64,000 nucleotides of DNA, taken from positions 6,464,001 to 6,528,000 of the forward strand of contig OZ244207.1 in assembly GCA_965216875.1 (NCBI GenBank), in the 5' to 3' direction. The stretch's first letter is position 1; every line of letters begins with the position of its first letter. Below, piece after piece: positions 57,371 through 64,000 of this stretch. The notes under the pieces were generated by a model, which was not told where the DNA came from, searched no databases, and saw nothing but the letters and a program-made list of their open reading frames with translations. The DNA comes from Rubripirellula sp. (GTDB lineage: Bacteria; Planctomycetota; Planctomycetia; Pirellulales; Pirellulaceae). The position numbers and the translations under genes were made by a program.

Positions 57371-58326
57371 ACTGCCAAACCGCCAGTGCGGAAGAAACGT
57401 CGCCGAATCCACCAGACGAACCCGAGTCCTGGCAAGATCATTGTCAGCAGCCACGGTGTCACTGCGATCAATCCGACCACCATGTCTTGGGCAAAGCGTG
57501 AAAGGTCGGCCACCGAACCATTCCATGAGGAAGAGGCTCGTGACGAAAACGTCGGTGCAGCCGCTGGTTGGTACTCTTTCTGTTCACGGCATCGAATCGT
57601 GATCGTGGCGAGGCTTGTTCGGTCCTTGAGGTAACGGATTCGGCCTTCCATCCGCTCGATTTCTTCACGGACGCGAGACAGCTCTCGTTCGATTTCCAAG
57701 ACGTCAGCCAATTTGCCGCTTCGCTCCTGCAACATTTCGACGATCCGGCCTTCGAGCGTGCGTTTATTCTTGATTCGAGCTTCGATGTCGACGAATTCTT
57801 CAGTCACATCTTGGGCGTTTTCACTTCTTGATTCAGCGAAGCCCAACGCGCTGATCCCACTCAAGAATCCACTGTACTGGCTCGCGGGAACACGTACCGT
57901 CCAAGTTCCCGATTGTTGATCTTGATAGCGACGATCGGTGTTGGAGCTGGCGACAAATCCACCGTATTGCTCGACCAAGGTCGGTAACTGGGATTCGAAT
58001 CCTTTGTAGTCGTCGACCACCAAGCCAATCGTTGTGTTGTAAATGATCTTGCGGTTGCTTGCCGCTTGCTCCGTTTTTCGCGGCTGGTCGTCGCTTGCTG
58101 TCGCGTCAGCAGCTTGAGTCGCGAATCGAACGGCACCCTTAGTCACGGCGGTCGGCAGGCTATCGACCACAGCCTCCTCGATGATCGCTTCCGATTTGGG
58201 AAAGGATTCGGCGGGCATCATGTCGGTCGACACCGCGACGTATTCGCTTCCGCATCCAACGACAAAAACGAGTAACCCGATGACACAGAGCGTGTTTGAG
58301 GAACGTTGCGAAGTTTTGCGTGACAT
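57367..58326 (-). CDS. DUF4349-like lipoprotein
   Basis: Lipobox VVGC; RKIIY, VRVPA, QDVTEEFVDIEAR, IERELSRVREEIE; C-terminal TM. Confidence 0.85.
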   Translation of the reverse strand: MSRKTSQRSSNTLCVIGLLVFVVGCGSEYVAVSTDMMPAESFPKSEAIIEEAVVDSLPTAVTKGAVRFATQAADATASDDQPRKTEQAASNRKIIYNTTIGLVVDDYKGFESQLPTLVEQYGGFVASSNTDRRYQDQQSGTWTVRVPASQYSGFLSGISALGFAESRSENAQDVTEEFVDIEARIKNKRTLEGRIVEMLQERSGKLADVLEIERELSRVREEIERMEGRIRYLKDRTSLATITIRCREQKEYQPAAAPTFSSRASSSWNGSVADLSRFAQDMVVGLIAVTPWLLTMILPGLGFVWWIRRRFFRTGGLAV

Positions 58327-58435
58327 CAGGCTTGCTTTGCTACGAGGAAGGTGGCGTTGCAAGTACGACGACGCAGCCAACGGTTCGGATTTGACTTTTG
58401 TCAAAAAAGTTCCGTGAGCTCGAAAGGGTGTGGAT

Positions 58436-60241
58436 CTACACCAGATTGTCCAAGATCGAAGCCTGATTCAGGTGCAGTGAAAATGGGTTCGTATCGCTGT
58501 CAGAATGGAGCCGAACCCGCTCGCCGAGCTTCGTTTGGTCTAACGGAATCGCTGCCGCAGATTCGACGGCCGGTCCGAGCCTGACCATGACGTTCCCGCA
58601 TGAAGTTCCGTTGTCGTAGTGCAAGGCATACAAGCCTTGTTCGATATCGGTTTCCACCCGCAGGTGTTGGTCATCAAGAAGGCCCCTGCCGATCCATTGC
58701 TTTCGGATCGAGAGCAAGTCTTGGTACCAGCGTCGCAGTTCGGCGCTGCCATCGGTCGCGCAACCGATTTTCGACTCACTATAGGCTTTGGCATCGACCG
58801 GCAGGATCCCGCTCGACCAATCGTGTTGCGGGTATTCGCGTCGACGCCCTTCGACCACCGCGTCGCGCAGAGCGGCGTCACCAAAATCGACAAAGAAGCG
58901 AAACGGGTTTTCACACGCAAACTCTTCGCCCATGAATAGCATGGGGATCGCAGGCGAAAGCAGCAGCAAAGCGGCGGCAGCTTTTTGAGTATCAAGGGAT
59001 GTCAGTTGGTGGAATCGTTTTCCGAGCGGGTGGTTGCCAATGAAGTCGTGGTTTTGGATGGAGTAAATCATTGGGTGAGTGTCAACACGCTCGCCCTTCT
59101 CTACTCTTCCGCGTTGACGGTGCAGCGTGCCCTCGTAGACAAAGCCCATGTGCATTGTCTGGTGAAGGTCGCTGCCAGTTTCATAGCTGCGATGGCAAAG
59201 CTGTTCGCCGGGACGCACGACCGCAAAGACGCTGTGCAGAAAGTCGTCGCACCATTGAGCATCAAAGCCGACACCCCCTTCTGACGCAGGGCGAATCATT
59301 TCCGGATCGTAGACGTTCGATTCTGCGATCAGAGCGGCGGGGCGTTTGTTGTGCTTTGACCATTGGTTAACCGCTTCGGCGATTTCATACGCGACATGTG
59401 TTGGACTGTCGTCGCACATGCAGTGGATAGCATCGACACGTAGAGCGTCGAGGTGGTATTCGTCAAACCAGTGGATCGCGTTGGCGATAAAGAAATCACG
59501 CACCGCGCGCTCGTTCGATGCTCCATCAAGGTTGGGTGCGTCGCCCCAGGGTGTCGCATGCTTGTCCGAAAAATAGTCGCCCCAATGCCCAAGGTAGTTT
59601 CCCTCGGGGCCAAGGTGGTTGTAGACGACGTCCAAAACGACCGCCAAGCCTTTGGCGTGAGCGGCGTCAACAAGGGACTTCATCGCATGGGGTGTGCCAA
59701 AGTTTTCAGTGGGCGCAAACAAGCTGACGCCGTCATAGCCCCAGTTCCAACGACCTGCCGACGCGGCGACCGGCATGAGTTCGATCGCGGTCACACCGAG
59801 GTCAACAAGTTCGTCCAACCGTTTGATCGCTGCGTCAAACGTTCCACCCTCGGTGAAAGTGCCGATGTGCAGTTCGTAGATGACCCATTCACGCAGTCCA
59901 ATCCCTTTCCAATCTCGGTCGGACCACGGAAACTCGCGGGCGATGACTTCGCTCGCTTGGTGAACCCCCACCGGTTGGAACCTCGAGGCCGGATCGGGTC
60001 GCCAAGTCCCGCCGCCGTCGCCAATGAAATAGCGGTCACCGGCGCGCACGCCGTCAAATTCGCCCGAGTGAAAGCCGCCCGCTTCTTGTGTTAACGCAAG
60101 TTGCAGATTCCGCTCGGGGATTTGCACATAAAGCTGTTCATGCGCTGGCGCCCAAATCCGAAAGCGACACCGGTTGTCATCGACTTGGACGGCGCCGAAG
60201 TGTCGATTCAGTTCATGGGGCGGGAAGGTCGGGAGATTCAT
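58436..60241 (-). CDS. treZ: Malto-oligosyltrehalose trehalohydrolase (GH13)
   Basis: PDPASRFQP.GVH, IYELHIGTFT, WNWGYDGV, DVVYNHLGPEGNY, LRVDAIH, QNHD.IGN, LFMGEE. Confidence 0.92.
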   Translation of the reverse strand: MNLPTFPPHELNRHFGAVQVDDNRCRFRIWAPAHEQLYVQIPERNLQLALTQEAGGFHSGEFDGVRAGDRYFIGDGGGTWRPDPASRFQPVGVHQASEVIAREFPWSDRDWKGIGLREWVIYELHIGTFTEGGTFDAAIKRLDELVDLGVTAIELMPVAASAGRWNWGYDGVSLFAPTENFGTPHAMKSLVDAAHAKGLAVVLDVVYNHLGPEGNYLGHWGDYFSDKHATPWGDAPNLDGASNERAVRDFFIANAIHWFDEYHLDALRVDAIHCMCDDSPTHVAYEIAEAVNQWSKHNKRPAALIAESNVYDPEMIRPASEGGVGFDAQWCDDFLHSVFAVVRPGEQLCHRSYETGSDLHQTMHMGFVYEGTLHRQRGRVEKGERVDTHPMIYSIQNHDFIGNHPLGKRFHQLTSLDTQKAAAALLLLSPAIPMLFMGEEFACENPFRFFVDFGDAALRDAVVEGRRREYPQHDWSSGILPVDAKAYSESKIGCATDGSAELRRWYQDLLSIRKQWIGRGLLDDQHLRVETDIEQGLYALHYDNGTSCGNVMVRLGPAVESAAAIPLDQTKLGERVRLHSDSDTNPFSLHLNQASILDNLV

Positions 60242-60320
60242 GGGCGTCCAGGTTCGGCCGAGGAGTCGTTAAACTGAATACCCACACCTTCGAGTTTCTG
60301 ATGTTGTCAGGCAATCCCTC

Positions 60321-61544
60321 ATGAAATCGATACTGACAAAGGCGACGGCGACGTTTGGACAGTTTCTGGTCCTTTGTGGTCTGCTCGCGATGCCAAAGTA
60401 CAGCGAGGCGGATGAAGCCGTTCGCGCACTGCGGATCGCGACCTACAACGCTTCGCTTTATGGCGACAAGTCAGGCCAGGTCCTCAAGCGATTGCGCACT
60501 GGAAAGGATCCACAAGCAAGCAAAGTCGCAACGATCGTACAAACGGTTCGCCCCGATATCCTGCTGATCAACGAAATCGATTACGAAGCTGACGGTGCGG
60601 TCGCCGACACGTTGGCACAAAAGTACTTTGCGGTCTCGCGCGGCGGCCAAAAGGCCATTCACTATCCCCATGTTCTGGCGATCCCAAGCAATACCGGTAT
60701 CGATTCGGGATTGGACCTCAACCGTAACGGGCAATTGAAGGAACCCAATGATGCCTGGGGATATGGAACGTACCCTGGTCAATACGCGATGGCGGTGTTC
60801 AGCCGTTTTCCAATCGACGAGGAAAACCTGCGTACCTTCCAAAAGTTCCTATGGAACGAAATGCCGAGTGCCCTGCGACCGGTCGATCCCAAAACAGGAC
60901 AGCCTTATTACGCCGACGCTGTTTGGTCGGAGTTGCGGTTGTCGAGCAAGAATCACGCTGACGTTCCCGTCAAGGTTGATGGGCAATCGATTCACATATT
61001 GGCAAGTCATCCGACTCCGCCAGTTTTTGACGGCGACGAAGATCGCAATGGTTGTCGCAACCACGATGAGATCCGTTTTTGGGTTGAGTATCTGAACGCC
61101 AAAGCCGATTACCTAGTTGATGATGGTGGAGTTTCGGGTGGACTGAATCAAAAAGCGTCGTTTGTGATCATGGGGGATCTGAATTCGGATCCCGAGGCGG
61201 GTGATTCGCGTCGCGAAGCCATTGAGTCGTTGATCAAACACCCGCGCGTGACCGATCCTCAGCCAACAAGTGAGGGTGGAGCCGAGCTGCCGCAAAGCTC
61301 TTTCACGGGCGATCCGGCCAGACACACGGCGCAATTCGGACGAAACCGATCCATGCGTATCGACTATGTCTTGCCTAGTCGTCAGCTCAAGTTGATCGAC
61401 AGTGGAGTCTTTTGGCCCAAGCGGCAATCGCCACAGTACGGATTGATCGAAGCGAGTGACCATCGCATGGTTTGGATCGATATTGCCCTTCCCTCTTCGG
61501 CCATTCCGCAACCGTCCAACCCGAAACAGTCCGACCAGCAATAG
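60321..61544 (+). CDS. Exported endonuclease/exonuclease/phosphatase-family protein
   Basis: RIATYN, INEID, HPTPPVFDG, GDLN, RIDYVLPS, SDHRMVW. Confidence 0.9.
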   Translation: MKSILTKATATFGQFLVLCGLLAMPKYSEADEAVRALRIATYNASLYGDKSGQVLKRLRTGKDPQASKVATIVQTVRPDILLINEIDYEADGAVADTLAQKYFAVSRGGQKAIHYPHVLAIPSNTGIDSGLDLNRNGQLKEPNDAWGYGTYPGQYAMAVFSRFPIDEENLRTFQKFLWNEMPSALRPVDPKTGQPYYADAVWSELRLSSKNHADVPVKVDGQSIHILASHPTPPVFDGDEDRNGCRNHDEIRFWVEYLNAKADYLVDDGGVSGGLNQKASFVIMGDLNSDPEAGDSRREAIESLIKHPRVTDPQPTSEGGAELPQSSFTGDPARHTAQFGRNRSMRIDYVLPSRQLKLIDSGVFWPKRQSPQYGLIEASDHRMVWIDIALPSSAIPQPSNPKQSDQQ

Positions 61545-61550
61545 ACAGAT

Positions 61551-62711
61551 ATGCCGAAGACTGTTCTCGCGATGATCAGTTCGATGCGTGGCGGCGGCAG
61601 CGAACGCCAGACGCTTCACCTATTGCGACACTTGGATCGATCAACATTCAGGCCGCATCTCTACGTGACCTCGCGCGACGGGGCACTGATGGACGATGTT
61701 CCAAGCGATGTTGTGATCCACGCCTATAGTGACCAGCAAGCATCGAGCGGATTCTATTACCCCGGTCGCGCCCTCAACCAGCAGGTGGCGCACCTGCGCG
61801 AGGTGATCACAGATCATTCGATCGATGTGATCTACGATCGAACGTTCCACATGACCCTCGTTGCAGGTCAGGCTGCGGCAGAGCTTGGTGTGCCAAGGGT
61901 CTCGACCATCGTCTCTCCGCCAGATCGAGCGTTGCCGCTGGTCGAAAAACGGTTTGTTGGTCTCAAGCGACGACGGCTCGCTCGAGCTTATCGACAATCC
62001 AAAACGGTGGTGGCAGTCTCTCGACAAGCAAGTGAATCGGCCGAGCGGTATTACGGTTTGCCACCTGCAAGCGTTGAAGTGATCGCAAATGGAGTCGATG
62101 TCGATCGTTTGCGTCAAACAGCCAGGTCAGGTCACGCCAAGCCAAGTGATCGCTTGCGGTTGGTTTGCGTTGGTCGGATGACTGAAGAAAAAGGCCACGC
62201 CGATCTGATCGAAGCCATCAAACGTCTTGATGAGGCTTGGCCCGAAACGCTTTCACCGATCGAGTTGACCCTTGTCGGTGACGGTCCACTGCGCGAGTCT
62301 TTGGCACAGCAATGCCAGTTGGCGGCCTTCAAAAAGCATCGCGTTCGGTTCATCGGAGCGGTGTCGGATGCGGCATCCGAAATCGCTGCCGGCAACGCGC
62401 TTGTGTTGCCGTCCCACTTCGAAGGTATGCCCAATGTCGTGCTCGAAGCGATGGCGTTGGAGGTTCCGGTGATCGCAACGAGAGCGGGTGGAACGGTCGA
62501 GCTCGAGCAAGACGAGCCGACGCTCTTTTGGGCGGACCCCGCTAATCCGCTACAGCTTGCTGATGCAATTTTGGCGTTTGCAAAGGACCAAAACGCGGGC
62601 GGCGAAGCAACCGCGAGGCATGTGAAAGCAGCAGACGATTTGATCTCGCGAAATCACGACATTCGGTCCAATGTCCGCAAGATCGAAGATCTTTTGGGTA
62701 AAGCCCTTTAG
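61551..62711 (+). CDS. Glycosyltransferase family 4
   Basis: GGGSER, VIANGVD, VGRMTEEKG, PSHFEGMPNVVLEAM. Confidence 0.92.
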   Translation: MPKTVLAMISSMRGGGSERQTLHLLRHLDRSTFRPHLYVTSRDGALMDDVPSDVVIHAYSDQQASSGFYYPGRALNQQVAHLREVITDHSIDVIYDRTFHMTLVAGQAAAELGVPRVSTIVSPPDRALPLVEKRFVGLKRRRLARAYRQSKTVVAVSRQASESAERYYGLPPASVEVIANGVDVDRLRQTARSGHAKPSDRLRLVCVGRMTEEKGHADLIEAIKRLDEAWPETLSPIELTLVGDGPLRESLAQQCQLAAFKKHRVRFIGAVSDAASEIAAGNALVLPSHFEGMPNVVLEAMALEVPVIATRAGGTVELEQDEPTLFWADPANPLQLADAILAFAKDQNAGGEATARHVKAADDLISRNHDIRSNVRKIEDLLGKAL

Positions 62712-62753
62712 CCACGCTCGCGAGTGCGTGGAATTGGGAAGTGTTCAAGATCA

Positions 62754-62810
62754 TGCCGGATCTGCGTCGCTGTCGCTCCTTGATCCGGCCAACACGATGA
62801 TCCGGCCTAC
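62754..62810 (-). repeat. REP family D with a duplicated end; family E copy at 62709-62731
   Basis: TGCCGGATCTGCGTCGCTGTCGCTCCTTGATCCGGCC..GATCCGGCCTAC. Confidence 0.85.
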
Positions 62811-62825
62811 GCACTCAAAGCTTGG

Positions 62826-63674
62826 TTAGGAACGAACCAGTTCTTCGACGAGCGGAATCACATCTTTGTCGTAAGTGAAGCCGACCGATTCACCGCTGTC
62901 GGAAAAGACTTTGACCAACTTGCCATCTTTCCCATAGATCAGCACGGCGGGAATCGAATCAAGTTCGGTCGCTGAATAGATTTCGTCACTCGGCGTGCGA
63001 CTGATGTACGTAGTGAATTCGGCTCCAACACTTTGCACGAATGATTGGACGCGCTCGGCATAGTATTCGGGCGGCCGTGATTTTCGACCGTCGTAGTCCA
63101 TGTCGACGGCAACGCATTGGACCGATTCGCCATGTTCTTTGTGCAATCGAACCAATCCGGGAAATTCTTTCAGGCATGGTTCACAGGCGAGCGACCAGAG
63201 ATCGACGACCGTGATTTGGCCTGAACCGGTGGCGACCGTTTGGATTTCATCCCAAGTCCCGTACTCCACGGGGCTCGTTGTACTGGCACCGGCTTCCGCA
63301 GGCGGTTCGGTTGACAGGTCGGCATCGGATGGCAATTCGAGCCCGCCTGATTTCGACGCGGGAGTCTCGGAGGACTGGCCAGGATCGGCATCGCTGGGAA
63401 GCTCAAGGCCACCTGGCGGTTGAGGGGCGGTGGTGTTGGAATCGGCTGCGGACGGATCAGCGGAAGAGGCCGAGCTATCTGAAGACGCACCTTCATCGGT
63501 CGCTGTTCGTTCCGGCGGAGAAACGACATCGTTTTCGGCGGAATTCGATCCGCCGCCACAACCGACGCTCGTCACCAGCATCAAAACTGCCAGCGAGAAG
63601 GGAAAAAGGGTCGAGATTTCTGTCAGTCGGTTGGGGCGACCAAGTTGATCGTCCGCATGCATATTTTCACTCAT
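62826..63674 (-). CDS. TlpA-like thioredoxin-fold lipoprotein
   Basis: Lipobox SVGC; low-complexity linker; VVDLWSLACEPCLKEFP; start uncertain. Confidence 0.8.
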   Translation of the reverse strand: MSENMHADDQLGRPNRLTEISTLFPFSLAVLMLVTSVGCGGGSNSAENDVVSPPERTATDEGASSDSSASSADPSAADSNTTAPQPPGGLELPSDADPGQSSETPASKSGGLELPSDADLSTEPPAEAGASTTSPVEYGTWDEIQTVATGSGQITVVDLWSLACEPCLKEFPGLVRLHKEHGESVQCVAVDMDYDGRKSRPPEYYAERVQSFVQSVGAEFTTYISRTPSDEIYSATELDSIPAVLIYGKDGKLVKVFSDSGESVGFTYDKDVIPLVEELVRS

Positions 63675-63838
63675 CGACCTATCCGTCTGTATTTCGGCGG
63701 GTGAAGCTAGTTCTTGGTGATCCGTTCGAATTTGATTACGCCAGATCGCCCGATCGACTAGATTGTATCGCGTGGGTGACAATCCGGACACAACAATCAA
63801 CTTGAAAGAGAGCCGAGCGAAATACCGTGGATGGGGAC

Positions 63839-64000
63839 ATGTCGACAACGCAGCTGGTGGTCGCCTCGAAGCAAGGCGATAACGAGGCGCTGGGACGATT
63901 GCTCGAGCAGTATCGCGGTTACCTGCTGATGCTAGCTCACCGCTATCTGTCCGATCGCTTGCGGCGTCGTGTGGATCCGGCCGACATCGTTCAGCTGACC
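63839..64000 (+). CDS. ECF sigma-70 factor, planctomycete-type (partial, runs off the window)
   Basis: My translation: MSTTQLVVASKQGDNEALGRLLEQYRGYLLMLAHRYLSDRLRRRVDPADIVQLT; not in the ORF track. Confidence 0.85.
   Translation, partial: MSTTQLVVASKQGDNEALGRLLEQYRGYLLMLAHRYLSDRLRRRVDPADIVQLT

Noticed and set aside
63675..63848. Long N-terminal extension of the TlpA-like ORF
   Set aside because: Would overlap the sigma factor start and leave no promoter space; the lipoprotein signal lies further downstream

Overview
Chromosomal DNA from a planctomycete, probably Pirellulaceae. This is inferred from the gene content and a planctomycete-type ECF sigma factor starting at the right edge. Two accessory regions stand out. 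(1) 12.9-19.5 kb is a partial Tad/Flp pilus locus with two Flp pilin paralogues. Each has its own sigma70-type promoter and a ~320-nt leader carrying a c-di-GMP-I aptamer. Comparing the two leaders shows covarying hairpins and a long-range helix outside the standard aptamer, suggesting a larger conserved RNA architecture. (2) 28.1-49.0 kb is a ~21 kb nitrate island with two sigma54-type promoters. The first unit encodes an NrtABCD-type ABC transporter, a stand-alone GAF-like protein, a 4x[4Fe-4S]+DmsC membrane-anchor fusion next to a cytoplasmic NasA/NarB-type nitrate reductase, NirA, and a CysJ-like flavoprotein with an FeS domain in place of flavodoxin. The second unit encodes an NADH-oxidoreductase/[2Fe-2S]/putative di-heme-b membrane fusion, an 11-heme cytochrome c, a monoheme exported protein and a globin. 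An AlgE-like porin gene is divergent. This second unit looks like a cytoplasm-to-periplasm electron conduit and is my best candidate for an undescribed system. The rest is housekeeping or metabolic genes separated by several REP-like repeat families. I recognised no CRISPR array, tRNA, rRNA or transposase. All product calls come from reading motifs by eye; no database searches were run.
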